Sequence record: PV400810.1
Source: Pseudomonas phage vB_PaeM_GXNNA8
Length of the DNA: 64,000 nt
Reading direction: 5' to 3' (one strand)
The notes below the pieces were generated by a model. The model searched no databases. It was not told the origin of the DNA and saw only the letters and a program-made list of their open reading frames with translations. Below are positions 40,601 through 49,342 of the stretch, piece after piece. The translations under genes were made by a program, and so were the position numbers. Positions within the stretch are counted from its first letter, which is position 1, and each line of letters begins with the position of its first letter.

Positions 40601-42307
40601 ATTACGGGTGATTCGGACACCAGTCATTTGGATATGACCGGTGTGCGTACGAACCAAGGAACGGATCGAGGGGTGAGTGTTCCTAAACCGTTGGCGGAGC
40701 AGTTGATCATCCGTGAGATGCTGAAACAAGGTTTTACGGATCCCCGTGAAATCGCTGAAATGCTCGCCCTTACCAACTACGAGTCTTCAGGCTATTCCCG
40801 GACCACTGAGAACATGAAGTACAGCAGTCCGGAACGCTTGGTTCAACTCTTCAGGGAAGTGAAGAGCATGGAACAAGCGAGAGCCCTCGTACAAGCCGGT
40901 GAAGTGGCCATCGCCAATACCGTGTACGGTGGGGGTAAAGGTGCTTCCTTAGGGAACAGGGAAGCTGGTGATGGGTACCGTTACCGAGGGCGTGGGTTTA
41001 TTCAGCTGACGGGTCGGGCTAATTACCGGAGGGTTGGGCAAGAGCTGGGTATTGATCTGGAGAACAGACCAGAGCTGGCCAGTAACGATCCGAATGTCAT
41101 GGCAGCAATTGCGGTGAACTTCTTCAGGAACTCTAAGCTCTTGAGGAGTATTAGCCAAACCGGTGACTTCGGTAGAGCAGCCACAGGGTTGAATGGAGGT
41201 AATCCGTTACCTGAAATGCCTCAGCGCTACGCGCTCTATCTGAATTACCTGAAGAAACTGCAAAGTGGTGAACTGACCACAGCTGATAAAACGGCTGGGA
41301 GTGGGTTAGGGAGCCAAACCGGGTCCGACCTGTACGGTCAAGAAACCCCCAGCGAACCCCAGCGTCCTCAAGTCAGTAGACCGGCTCCAGGCGTTGTGGG
41401 TGGTAGTCTGCCGTCCCTGAATGGAACCATGGGAGGCGGAGGGGGACAATACGGGTCAGGTGATAACGGTGGGATGATCGTTAACACCAATACACCGGGT
41501 AGCAGTGGACTGCGCCTGAAATCCCCTGAAGCCATTGCGGGTGGTGAACATCACCCTGCTGTGGAAGAACTGGGTAAAATCATTCAACAGACAGTTCCGG
41601 GTTTCCGGTACTTCTCTGCGCTGAATGACGCCTACCACGTCAATAAGGGGTCTAAAGGCGCTCATCCTAAAGGCCTGGCCTTAGACTTCACCCTGGTGAA
41701 TGGCGCACAAGGAAGTGACCAAGCGGTTGCCATTGTAACGGATATTCTTCGTCGGGCAGGATTGAGCCCTCAGGAATTCCAAGTCATCAATGAATACCGC
41801 AGTCGAACGGCACTCGGTACGGGCGGGCATATCCACGCGGCCTTTAAGTCCCCTGAAGCAGCGAACAAGTTCCTTAACGCTGTACGAGGCGGCCAGTCCG
41901 TGAACGGGCAGGATACCACCGGACTGGGAGGGGGTGTGGTTGGACCGATGCAACGGAACGTTCCACCTACGCCTACTCCCACCTTTGGTAACCCGGCTAC
42001 GGATGTCCCGATCTCGACTCCGAGGTCTAATGAGGGTTCTCCACCTCCCTCTGCACCTCAACCGGTTCCGCCTGCGCCGTCTGAACCTGTTCCTCAGTCC
42101 CCTCGGGGTACCGAGGCGCTTACGACCACCCGTAGTGATGACTCTGCGTTGGTGGCTGAGCTTAAGGCCTCGTTGGGTAAACTGGGTGATAACAGTTCGG
42201 ATACGAACAGTATTCTGGCTGAGATCTACAAGGTACTGGGTCGGATGGCGGAGATGCAAGACAAACAGGTGAATCAGGGAACCGATAAAACCGTCCGTTT
42301 GAATTGA
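34676..42307 (+). CDS. giant virion-associated protein (2543 aa) with tape-measure-like Gly-rich hydrophobic segment and two C-terminal peptidoglycan hydrolase domains (GH19-like muramidase and M15 zinc peptidase); phiKZ gp181-like
   Basis: GRGFIQLTGRANY motif (GH19 chitinase/lysozyme family) near nt 40980-41020; AHPKGLALDF ... GGHIHAAF (H-x-x-G-x-A-x-D ... HxH of peptidase M15) near nt 41660-41840; hydrophobic GLLSSLVGGV...LGGLLNGLGGLGRLGKLGAGRAGLIGAG segment; Pro-rich linkers. Confidence 0.8.
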   Translation: MADNTFDDFDWGEDPFTGDIDFDTDFDGKKPGFIRSVATGFLSGVVNQTVGDTDARLNTLKMVLPKTWGTAFTTASDINRRRREIVDELKRESYDAVVDLQYLAKRGGDKLGKIAPNKITGGVASGLTRFSQNDFSSWKPYTSSASDTPSMENVDENDVKDLLGSEDANSLLERETVIGVGESITAMMTEVGGRTIGGLNTLNLSIGRSNQLLEQMVNYQRKVQLRNDTLKVNLLARSYLTSAKFYKFMEASNHRMIAELKTIALNSAKSDYEKTTHSQAMRKSIRESVFNTVKGSFGGIREFINERFGKDARGDGIRGAGDLIGAMRMAAEMSEGMPLNVGTMVGNVAAQMFISNLPRMINSRKGKEYVAKFKKQFPELGKWADNAYAQLTDLGNVASYNLSNAEGMVNTLSEYHNWGSSFDEDGDYEQYLSTLRSGQKPLGKVEWTVINTLKKGANKGMAGLLDEMYQPTGSRYSLKRRGLMDAHEPEIWNKQSSRTLNEVIPELLSHIHLSIEKIRTGDDTLKASSYDYVRGKLVSHNQKVADTFNRVMDKDQFKSQADTSLRLVDSIDPNKELSNEARRVLAMQLVQNADKRKGFSPYLYMNLETKGVNRQVADEIRELFQRNFDITPEAFTAFKEGSTLDRASAIARLPTEQARERAAKLTEQSNLLGRFMPDIAERVDMLRSSGYYNVMKEAGIIKSENGHDEVNMDTFRNVLQSFIDNPDRAMTYDNPLEEAVRKTRSFGRRGRGRRDAGGVIAAENAQLNETLQGVRETLDKLGAHIEQGGVSRSGLTDPSSLFTALNDQVTQGNSLLGKLVELGGNRNDILTKILERQPYEKTTPEAEEVIQQQKRSILERIKSTSFGDLFNKGIDKLLDNQPLVLGGLLGGLAGMAIYNPKGAALVGGGLALGMAYNKLRARAAARRAEDTEDLYEEGSDTPILESFKLFKGEYLDMLTGKIIQGWDQITGSIKDLANGAVIGASRLAGKLFTEDNKEVFLKGLNKVRDLFMKAFNWLDPVNRVKGLWDKARTRLYRMDIYIEGEDEPVLLGSRFGKGQYFKRSGDGFVELQGWDEIDGPVYDKEGNTLITAEEYDRGLKTSMGTSINKLGAGLKQAGQFGLDLFGKLKDRAGGYAKGMGGRVKNPFSTDHSPVVNSVDRIYYLLLKHWGYNSPDGSPNPFTPPVPGSQDAPEGPPGSLGDRNDLTLTEALMEKNPALKDALERFRAAKGKAGAGDNTDRFRRSASTSDTTRANSLADRTQKLQEEKDNTVKNAIISIAENFGFGMKDEKELGKKKKFGIFGLLSSLVGGVKKGFEWLTSFLGSKVLWSGFSALFKFGRMGLKLLPIIAKGVAGGLGGLLNGLGGLGRLGKLGAGRAGLIGAGALSAYEMYQVATDEETKKLDTTDQILKVGKAGNSLYQQVGATAGLLGGQTIAKWILEKVKGKSPTTDALGSSMYSPFGVMLGTSKWGWDSLFGSGKGKQTELRMVQYGLSDPHGPLAAKILNVENLLKDHVVIGNGRASLSKQAPIEEVLRLFVGDPQDRNEIGEVFTWFNGRFKPVYLTYLACLDAVKLRSLKDYDDSSDLIVYKVAKQAHSALSGLVPSPYQIVAKIDKETPLLDQQMTIIRVGNLLEALKKYVGAKDPTIDPFAVSTVKGQSLESLQKERVQLERRLEDRSTQWKDFGEKMEATDRLKEVKGEIDRLGKAYTANAVVGQIYIQDLMPDGKALDMLTAIRVATYGNDKDVPWRVEAVLKLERHCESLFMAKGDDMVFKGNIGELFGRFKDAFRVDDRYVDAWCKWFRDRFLPVLTNYMTLMKKYRRGLPGVVWRTLSATARYEIAKELTQTQVNGVFGFTISVWNVRAAPFAWETSPGRSDKVDRMLNLLGEASVEAKLKDPELEAGKTNAQTWAEKISPHRVGGGFTDQQANVSTPEQFRSRRDSALGGMYGTFGGDAGNTYSSDGRFRTPENAFGFTPITGDSDTSHLDMTGVRTNQGTDRGVSVPKPLAEQLIIREMLKQGFTDPREIAEMLALTNYESSGYSRTTENMKYSSPERLVQLFREVKSMEQARALVQAGEVAIANTVYGGGKGASLGNREAGDGYRYRGRGFIQLTGRANYRRVGQELGIDLENRPELASNDPNVMAAIAVNFFRNSKLLRSISQTGDFGRAATGLNGGNPLPEMPQRYALYLNYLKKLQSGELTTADKTAGSGLGSQTGSDLYGQETPSEPQRPQVSRPAPGVVGGSLPSLNGTMGGGGGQYGSGDNGGMIVNTNTPGSSGLRLKSPEAIAGGEHHPAVEELGKIIQQTVPGFRYFSALNDAYHVNKGSKGAHPKGLALDFTLVNGAQGSDQAVAIVTDILRRAGLSPQEFQVINEYRSRTALGTGGHIHAAFKSPEAANKFLNAVRGGQSVNGQDTTGLGGGVVGPMQRNVPPTPTPTFGNPATDVPISTPRSNEGSPPPSAPQPVPPAPSEPVPQSPRGTEALTTTRSDDSALVAELKASLGKLGDNSSDTNSILAEIYKVLGRMAEMQDKQVNQGTDKTVRLN

Positions 42308-42319
42308 TCCATCTTAATA

Positions 42320-42341
42320 GGGGAGTACATCAGTACTCCCC
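42320..42341 (+). terminator. hairpin terminator after the giant gene
   Basis: 9-bp stem ggggagtac/gtactcccc with loop atca, then a T-rich run. Confidence 0.5.
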
Positions 42342-42374
42342 GCCTCTTTAGTTAACCTTAGGAATTTATTCACG

Positions 42375-44567
42375 ATGGCTCAGGTGACGACACGCGACCG
42401 GGACATTATCACGAAATCGTTCCGTCTGTTAACCCGCGGTATCCCACCGAGTGAAGTATTAGACATCCTCGATTGGGACAAATATTTCAACGTTTTCAGT
42501 AGTGCAACAGGGGATAACCGCTTTGTGAACCCTGTGCCTCAATGGAGCCCTGCGACCGATCCCCGATACGGACGGTTAATGGTCACCCCAGAAGGGGGAT
42601 TCGGCTCCATGTATAAAGAGATCTACGACAACAATGCCACTCTCTTAACCATTACTCCAGGTGTGGCTCAGTTCGCTGGTCTGCTGTCATTCATTACAAA
42701 CATGTTCTCTCCCGCAGCGGCTATCATTGCCAACAAAGGGCGGGCACCCAGTCTGTCGTTCTACATGGGACAAGCCATCGGTTCTATCGCCTTTTGGCCT
42801 ATGCAGCTGTTGAGTATCAGTACCCAATTTCTGGCATTCTTAGCAGATTCCCCCAAGCATCAGTTCTGGACTGTTAAGCCTGCGGTTGGGGCGTACACCA
42901 TGGTGGCTACCGGCGTACTGAATGACTTCATGGTGAAACTGGGGTACATTGATCCCATCCTACCTAAGATGAACCAGCAACAGACCGATCCCCTGTACGG
43001 TCTTAAACCCGATTACGACAACAGTAAAGCCGTTTCCAGTCTGTCTACCCTTTTCCCTGATTGCGTCAACCAGGATGGGACTATTGACCTCATGCGGTTG
43101 GTCAATAAAGGGGTGCGTAAACACCGGGTGATGTTGGAACGTCTGGCCTCTATGGACAACGACACTTCTATTAACTCCCCCCAACAGAAATTGGAACGAG
43201 CCAAACAAATCCTTCAAGAAGTCACCTTCGATCGTTCGGTAACCGCTGGCAGACCTTCTCAAGAGTATATTGAAAAGGAAATGAGTACGGTCGGTAAATA
43301 CCGGGGTGATAACGAACCCAACTATGTTGAAGAAGACAGTGCCTACCTCAACCGAGGCGCTTATCAAGACATCGACCCTGCACGTAATAAGCAATATGGA
43401 ATTGCCAACCTTGAACTGGAACAACCTCCAACCGGACCTGACGGACAACCCACCTCCACCATGCAGCCTATGGGAACGGGTGGGTCTTATGGTACTTCAG
43501 CTCCTCCTGTAAACCCCAACGAACGGCCTCAACGCCCCTCTCCCGCCACTCCCTCAGTAACCGCTAATCCCGCTATTAACAATGGGGATCAGTTCTACTA
43601 CGAAGACAACCCTAACGATCGTACCTGGATGGGAGATATTTACGACCTCGTTAAAACCGCTGTAGCCGGTGGTATGGATGGGATCACCTTCCGCGTAGAG
43701 GGGAACGGGGGAGCTACTCGGGATTCCTTCTCTAATAGCACTGGGCAATCGCCTATGGCGGAGAAGTTCAATTCCATTGTTCGCACTACCAATGACTTCA
43801 CCTTCGATGTGGCTAAAGGTCAAACTGGCTTAGCCATTGTCGATGGACTGATTAACATTGTTAAAGACGCGGCTATGGGAGCCCTTTCCGGGTCTGTTAT
43901 TGGAAATATCCCCCTGGCTGTTGCCAATAACAGTTACGTCAAGATCCCTGACCACTGGACTGAATCCTCCTGCAATCTCCATACGGAGACCTACACCATT
44001 AAGTCAGTCTGTAACTACGCACACCCGTATGAGCAGATTGTTAAGATCTGGGTATTGATTTCCCTCCTACTGCCCTTAGTGGCCGGTAATACCTCAGGTG
44101 GTGGAACCCATACCTCACCCTTCTACGTGAAAGCTTTCTGTAAGTCTCGTGGAATCATCCGTACCGGTCTGGTGACTCAACTGGATCTGACCCTGGGGGA
44201 AGGAGATGCAGGGTGGACTCGTGATCGTAAACCGTTGAATATGACGGCCAGTTTACAGATTACCGATCTGGAACCCCTGGTCACCCTTCCTATTGATCGG
44301 TCCATTAGCATCCTGGATCTTACTAATCCGAATGCGGTGGTCAGTCGTATTCTGTCGGATGACAGTGCGTTCAACAACTTTGCCAGTCGTATCACAGGGA
44401 TGGACTACCTGGATACCATTCTGCGGTGGTCGCGTTTGAACCGTCAACTGACGGGTGTGGTCACGGATATTAAGACCAGTATTCGTTCTGACAACATCGC
44501 GGCTAAAATCAACGATTCCGTGGTGGGTGATATACTTCGCATAACGACAAAACCTCTTGCAAGATAG
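42375..44567 (+). CDS. hypothetical protein (730 aa), probably a structural partner of the giant protein
   Basis: ORF with RBS AGGAA; same strand and operon as the giant gene. Confidence 0.55.
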   Translation: MAQVTTRDRDIITKSFRLLTRGIPPSEVLDILDWDKYFNVFSSATGDNRFVNPVPQWSPATDPRYGRLMVTPEGGFGSMYKEIYDNNATLLTITPGVAQFAGLLSFITNMFSPAAAIIANKGRAPSLSFYMGQAIGSIAFWPMQLLSISTQFLAFLADSPKHQFWTVKPAVGAYTMVATGVLNDFMVKLGYIDPILPKMNQQQTDPLYGLKPDYDNSKAVSSLSTLFPDCVNQDGTIDLMRLVNKGVRKHRVMLERLASMDNDTSINSPQQKLERAKQILQEVTFDRSVTAGRPSQEYIEKEMSTVGKYRGDNEPNYVEEDSAYLNRGAYQDIDPARNKQYGIANLELEQPPTGPDGQPTSTMQPMGTGGSYGTSAPPVNPNERPQRPSPATPSVTANPAINNGDQFYYEDNPNDRTWMGDIYDLVKTAVAGGMDGITFRVEGNGGATRDSFSNSTGQSPMAEKFNSIVRTTNDFTFDVAKGQTGLAIVDGLINIVKDAAMGALSGSVIGNIPLAVANNSYVKIPDHWTESSCNLHTETYTIKSVCNYAHPYEQIVKIWVLISLLLPLVAGNTSGGGTHTSPFYVKAFCKSRGIIRTGLVTQLDLTLGEGDAGWTRDRKPLNMTASLQITDLEPLVTLPIDRSISILDLTNPNAVVSRILSDDSAFNNFASRITGMDYLDTILRWSRLNRQLTGVVTDIKTSIRSDNIAAKINDSVVGDILRITTKPLAR

Positions 44568-44614
44568 AACACCTCTTCTATTTTGTATTGATTAAAAGAA
44601 CTTATTCAGTAATA

Positions 44615-44646
44615 ACTCCCCTACCCCTTAATTGGGGTAGGGGAGT
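44615..44646. terminator. bidirectional hairpin terminator between convergent genes
   Basis: 13-bp stem actcccctacccc/ggggtaggggagt. Confidence 0.55.
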
Positions 44647-44657
44647 CTTCGTTAGGG

Positions 44658-45767
44658 TTATTTAATGCGAATAGGGGCGTTCGGGAAGGATTGATTCAAT
44701 ACATCCGTTGCCCGTTCAGTCTGAAAGATCCCCCGGGTGGTTAAGAGGGGAATCAACTCTTCAACAGGTGTTAACAGGGTTACCATGTCGTCACTGATGT
44801 TCGATACCAACCCCAGGTTGTACGCTTTACCGAATTGGGTCTCCCGGTAATACCACTCTTTACCAGCTACCGTTTCTAAGACGTTTAAGAGTTTCGTACG
44901 AATGGCGGGGTGCTCTTCACTGTGGACTTGACTGTCGAAGGAGAACTTCGTAAAGAGGGTTTCAATGAAATCCGGGTATTTACTCAGTAAGGTATTCTTG
45001 CCTTCGGTGTTAATGAGTTCAAAGACCTTACTGATACTCTCGACATCCCCATTCGTAATCATGTACTGAATAGCTTCAATAAAAGCATCTTGTCTCAGAG
45101 AGAGATACGGGTAGTTATCCCATTGGGTTTTATAACTGTCACTCATCCCGTACATCGCCGAGTTGTACAGGATGGCGTTGTAAAACGCCGATTGAACACT
45201 GACGTCTACAAACTCATCAATACCGGTATAATCCCTGAGCATATCGAGGGTGGCGCTACCGAGCTGAGTTCTCCAACTGTCATTGATACGGAAGGGTGAA
45301 CCTTGATCACCATAACCGACCTGGATAATCTGACCCACATTCAATCCAGTGAGTCGATTGAATTCTGCGGTGAGAGTGTCTGCGATGAGTTGCTTAACGC
45401 CGTTCTTACCCCAGACGTTAACACCCATTTGATTCCCCGCCGCGGTAATCAAGTCATCATCACTGAAACTGACCCCATTGCTATCAATACGAATGGCTCG
45501 GGTAATGTCCTTCGTATTGAGTAAACCGCCTGACAGGGCTCCAATAACACCGTCTAGGGCTTCTACAACCGAACTCCGGTACGCGGTGATGGTTGACTTG
45601 AGTGTGGTGTCATTCGGGTTAGTAAGAGCCACCCCTTCTTTAAGACGACTGGCGGTGACATCAATAGGGGTTAGGGTTTCACTTTTAACCCCCCGCATTG
45701 CGGTTTCGGTTTCTTTCTTAAAGGCATTAATACCCGAAGACAGATTGAACCCGTCAAGGATACCCAT
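44658..45767 (-). CDS. hypothetical protein (369 aa)
   Basis: ORF; RBS GGAG. Confidence 0.5.
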   Translation of the reverse strand: MGILDGFNLSSGINAFKKETETAMRGVKSETLTPIDVTASRLKEGVALTNPNDTTLKSTITAYRSSVVEALDGVIGALSGGLLNTKDITRAIRIDSNGVSFSDDDLITAAGNQMGVNVWGKNGVKQLIADTLTAEFNRLTGLNVGQIIQVGYGDQGSPFRINDSWRTQLGSATLDMLRDYTGIDEFVDVSVQSAFYNAILYNSAMYGMSDSYKTQWDNYPYLSLRQDAFIEAIQYMITNGDVESISKVFELINTEGKNTLLSKYPDFIETLFTKFSFDSQVHSEEHPAIRTKLLNVLETVAGKEWYYRETQFGKAYNLGLVSNISDDMVTLLTPVEELIPLLTTRGIFQTERATDVLNQSFPNAPIRIK

Positions 45768-45775
45768 AGCGGCAC

Positions 45776-45831
45776 TCCAAAAAATAAAGAATAAAGGGGA
45801 AGGGGAGTAGGTGCGCTAGCGCACCTACTCC
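45776..45831 (-). terminator. rho-independent terminator downstream of 45837..46271
   Basis: 14-bp palindromic stem ggagtaggtgcgct/agcgcacctactcc followed on the minus strand by CCTTTATTCTTTATTTTTTGG. Confidence 0.6.
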
Positions 45832-45836
45832 TGCAT

Positions 45837-46271
45837 TCACTCTTCCGGTTCATCCACAATGGGTTTCTCCAAACGCTTCTTCTCTACGATGCGAATGGTT
45901 TCTTCCACTGTGAGTATTTCACCGTGTTCATCAACAACCTCGATGATGATTCTGCAAGATTTCATCCGTAGGATAGACAACCCTTCCAAGAGTTTCTGGA
46001 AGGTTAACGTATAGCTTTGGAAATAGGTTGCCTTAATGTTACCTTGCCGGGTAATGCGTTCGGTCTTAGCCCGTTGGGGATCTCGGGTGGTCACCACATA
46101 CTCCAGATAATCCCGTAAGTAGTTCTTCCACTTGTGAGGGGTAGGAACCACTTTGTTCAGAATTGCCCGGAATAACCGGGCGGGGGGATCTCTGAGTTCT
46201 TCATCCCGTACAAACTTGTGGGAGATACTCTCCAACCGGCTGGCTTTGGGTCTCTTTCTGTTTGCTTCCAT
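45837..46271 (-). CDS. hypothetical protein (144 aa)
   Basis: ORF directly abutting the upstream gene. Confidence 0.45.
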   Translation of the reverse strand: MEANRKRPKASRLESISHKFVRDEELRDPPARLFRAILNKVVPTPHKWKNYLRDYLEYVVTTRDPQRAKTERITRQGNIKATYFQSYTLTFQKLLEGLSILRMKSCRIIIEVVDEHGEILTVEETIRIVEKKRLEKPIVDEPEE

Positions 46272-46850
46272 TTAACCTCCCCGACGTTGGATAAGTACCA
46301 GAGTCAGTATTTTGATCAGGTCAATAACCATCAGCCTAAACCACCGGCTGGTTAAGAAGTTCTCTACGACAGGATGACATTCAACAGGATCGTCCTCATT
46401 CGGTATAACGGGGAATAAGGTACAGTATAGTTCCATGAGTTTCAGCATCCCCTGGTAATACCCGTCGAGACTGTAACCGTTACTGTACCAGTCCAGGAAA
46501 CTGGGGTAGTGTTCGATCATGTTACTCACGAAGTGTTCGTCAGGGTTCCACGAGTAACCTGACAGTACCCTCTCTACCAGCCTGTGAGCGTCCTTAGAGG
46601 ACTTTGTTGACAGTTCAATAGGTAAGGGTAGGTAGACCCTCGGATCGATGTCAAAGGACGTATTTAGGGGCTTTAAGCAATCGTATAGATCCTGGATCTG
46701 AGCTGCGAACCGTACTGAAGCCTTAGAGAACCGTTGATTAATCTCAGTCAGCTGCTCGATCGTGAGGGAATCCAGTTTTCGGTTAAACAGGTTACCTATA
46801 CCAGGTATCCAGCTTAACCACCTGAATAGAGCCCGTTTAGTTAGTGCCAT
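46272..46850 (-). CDS. hypothetical protein (192 aa)
   Basis: ORF; RBS AGGAG; promoter-like motif about 20 nt upstream. Confidence 0.5.
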   Translation of the reverse strand: MALTKRALFRWLSWIPGIGNLFNRKLDSLTIEQLTEINQRFSKASVRFAAQIQDLYDCLKPLNTSFDIDPRVYLPLPIELSTKSSKDAHRLVERVLSGYSWNPDEHFVSNMIEHYPSFLDWYSNGYSLDGYYQGMLKLMELYCTLFPVIPNEDDPVECHPVVENFLTSRWFRLMVIDLIKILTLVLIQRRGG

Positions 46851-46865
46851 TTACACATACTCCTA

Positions 46866-46892
46866 ACCACTCAAACGAATAATGTAGGTCTG
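46866..46892 (-). promoter_or_regulatory. promoter-like motif variant (minus strand GATTTTTCAGACCTACATTATTCG) in a divergent intergenic region
   Basis: TTTCAG-ACCTACAT-TAT family member; abuts the ATG of the + strand gene at 46900. Confidence 0.35.
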
Positions 46893-46899
46893 AAAAATC

Positions 46900-47412
46900 A
46901 TGGAAACGCCTGACGACACACCCGAAAAGGAAAAGAAGAAAGCCAGTCCTTTGGATACGGATAAAATGCAAACGGTTCTGGAAGAACTCCGTAAGGCAAT
47001 GACTGGTAATCTGGAGGATATCGAACAGGAAGAACTGGTTAAGGTAGTACAACGTAACCGGGCTTTCATTCTAGAATACGCTATGTCTGCGTATTTGGAT
47101 AATCCGAAGAATGCGCATCTACTGGAAGGGGTGACCCAGATTATTGCGCAGATTGAAAAGACCGTACGGGATGACCGTAAAGAGCGGGCTAAGAAGAAAG
47201 AGAATGAAGGCAACCGACTGGCCTTTAACCAAATGCTGGAGGCTATGGAGCGTATTCAAAGTGGAGGGATTAAACTCCCCACCTTTGAGTTCTCCCATTT
47301 CGTACTGGATCCCTCTAAACCCCTGCCTCTGGATCCTACCTTGAGTCCCATTACGGAAGAAGAGCTGGTGCAGGGGAATCAGCTGGTGGATATCGATGGT
47401 GAGGAAATTTAA
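46900..47412 (+). CDS. hypothetical acidic protein (170 aa)
   Basis: ORF followed by a strong bidirectional hairpin; no obvious SD. Confidence 0.5.
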   Translation: METPDDTPEKEKKKASPLDTDKMQTVLEELRKAMTGNLEDIEQEELVKVVQRNRAFILEYAMSAYLDNPKNAHLLEGVTQIIAQIEKTVRDDRKERAKKKENEGNRLAFNQMLEAMERIQSGGIKLPTFEFSHFVLDPSKPLPLDPTLSPITEEELVQGNQLVDIDGEEI

Positions 47413-47424
47413 CCAAGCGAACAT

Positions 47425-47452
47425 AACTGGGTGGGGATCTCCCCACCCAGTT
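47425..47452. terminator. bidirectional hairpin terminator
   Basis: 12-bp stem aactgggtgggg/ccccacccagtt with loop atct. Confidence 0.55.
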
Positions 47453-47462
47453 AATAAAGGGG

Positions 47463-48245
47463 TTATTCCGTCAAGTAATCATAGAAACCTTTATTGATCG
47501 GAATCAATTTCAATACAGGAGCTAGCGCAATGGATTGGGCGAAGATACGGTCATAAATACTCCCTTCTAAATACTCGGTTTCTTGAACCAGGAGATCTGG
47601 AACCAAAAACGCCGTATCAGGAATAGGCGGTTTACCGACGTTCTCAAAGAAGGACTTGTAGTCTTCATTCAACAGGAAGTCATATTTGAAGACATAATCG
47701 AACTGTCGATAGTAGGAGGGTGTCGCATTGATAATGTCGTCATCAACGGTCTTCACCTCCACCCGGTAGCCTAACCGAGTCTTAACGTGCTCGATCAACT
47801 CCTCCTTAAGGGCTGTATCCATGACATAAGGGAAACAGTTGATCGTGAGGGTAATCCCTTTGATCTCGATAGGTTTATCGGTCAGTTGTTCATGCTCGAT
47901 AATCACCTTAACGAAATTAGACAGGAACCCTGTAGGGTAATACCCGTACCCCCAATCCCGTAAGCTCCGTTTCTGATAGAGTTCCCTGAAAATCTGTCGG
48001 GTGAACCCAAAGAACGGATAATTAAACGTATCCATCCTTCTCTCCCTGTAGTTCTTCTCAATATGAAGTTCCCACAGGGTGTCCCCTTGAAGCCGGCGTT
48101 TCTCTTGATACGCTGCAAAGGCTTCATCACTCAAGCTGTTTTCATCGCTAACAGCCATGTCTCGTGTTAACCACTTCTGAATCAATCCCCTCCGATAATC
48201 GAAGAGACTGTCCACATCCGCGTAGGCGGTTAATACCCGATTCAT
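47463..48245 (-). CDS. hypothetical protein (260 aa)
   Basis: ORF. Confidence 0.5.
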   Translation of the reverse strand: MNRVLTAYADVDSLFDYRRGLIQKWLTRDMAVSDENSLSDEAFAAYQEKRRLQGDTLWELHIEKNYRERRMDTFNYPFFGFTRQIFRELYQKRSLRDWGYGYYPTGFLSNFVKVIIEHEQLTDKPIEIKGITLTINCFPYVMDTALKEELIEHVKTRLGYRVEVKTVDDDIINATPSYYRQFDYVFKYDFLLNEDYKSFFENVGKPPIPDTAFLVPDLLVQETEYLEGSIYDRIFAQSIALAPVLKLIPINKGFYDYLTE

Positions 48246-48655
48246 GCCTTACGTCCTTTAGATGGGGGTACAATGAAATGACTGGTATACACCCTAAACG
48301 CTAAAGCAATCAAGAAACTCCAGCGTTTATATTCATTCTCATCGGAAATATCCAGTCCATTACCCCCTTCAATGGTCTTAAAGACTTCCTTGAACATTTG
48401 ACTGAACTGACTGAAAGCCACCTGATGCTCACCCAAGCGGGTGATAACCATCATTTGAATACTGACCCAACTGTCGAAGAGATCACTCTTACTTCCCACT
48501 TGGGACATAAAGACTGAATAGGCTTCGTTAAAACAGATCAAAGGACGGTTGATAAGCGACGAGAAGTTCTGAATAATGGGAGAAGGAGCTTCTCCGGTTG
48601 ACAGGTCTAACCATACTTCTTGAATGGTATTCGACAAATGAATGAGTTTATCCAT
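48242..48655 (-). CDS. hypothetical protein (137 aa)
   Basis: ORF; 4-nt overlap with the downstream gene. Confidence 0.45.
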   Translation of the reverse strand: MDKLIHLSNTIQEVWLDLSTGEAPSPIIQNFSSLINRPLICFNEAYSVFMSQVGSKSDLFDSWVSIQMMVITRLGEHQVAFSQFSQMFKEVFKTIEGGNGLDISDENEYKRWSFLIALAFRVYTSHFIVPPSKGRKA

Positions 48656-48664
48656 GGGGAGAGA

Positions 48665-49342
48665 TCACTTCTGGTTAAAGTTAGTGTCGATATGACGACC
48701 ACGCATGAGGTGGTGGACCGTGCTCAGCACCTTGGTACCCGAGCCTTTACGCAGGCTCCCATTGGTGGTAGTCTTACCGGTGGTCAACAAATCGTTCTTG
48801 TACGCCTTAAAGGCCTCTTGGTCGCCGCCTTTAACGTTGTACAGTTCATTCGCCATGATGTTCAAACCCAGGTTACGCAGTACGGTAACCTCAGGACCGC
48901 TGATCCCCGCACTCCGGCTGTCCCCCATGGGTTGACCGGTGAGGTCATCGATTTCGTAGTCGTTCTTAGCCGCACTGAACTTCTTGGACAACATCTGACG
49001 TTGTTTACGGACTTCAGCACGTCCTACAATCGCCTTATAAGCGGTCAGTGACTTGATCCCGGTGTCTTCGTCGTAAATAACCAGTTGGTGTTCAACTTCA
49101 ATACCGAACTGTTTACAGAGTCTCATCAGGTTATCAAAATTCAGTTTCTCTTCAGGAACAAAGTTACTGGCCCAAATCGCCAGGGGATTCCCTTTTTCCA
49201 ACCACTGGACGAAGTCTTCAAAAGCGTCATCGTCCATAGTGGCAAAGAGTTTCTCATAAATCTTCTTATTGCCACCCCCTTTGGTCAGAGGGCCAAAGGC
49301 TTTATACACATGTTCTTCAAATGCCTTCCGGTTACCAGCCAT
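48665..49342 (-). CDS. hypothetical protein (225 aa)
   Basis: ORF. Confidence 0.5.
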   Translation of the reverse strand: MAGNRKAFEEHVYKAFGPLTKGGGNKKIYEKLFATMDDDAFEDFVQWLEKGNPLAIWASNFVPEEKLNFDNLMRLCKQFGIEVEHQLVIYDEDTGIKSLTAYKAIVGRAEVRKQRQMLSKKFSAAKNDYEIDDLTGQPMGDSRSAGISGPEVTVLRNLGLNIMANELYNVKGGDQEAFKAYKNDLLTTGKTTTNGSLRKGSGTKVLSTVHHLMRGRHIDTNFNQK

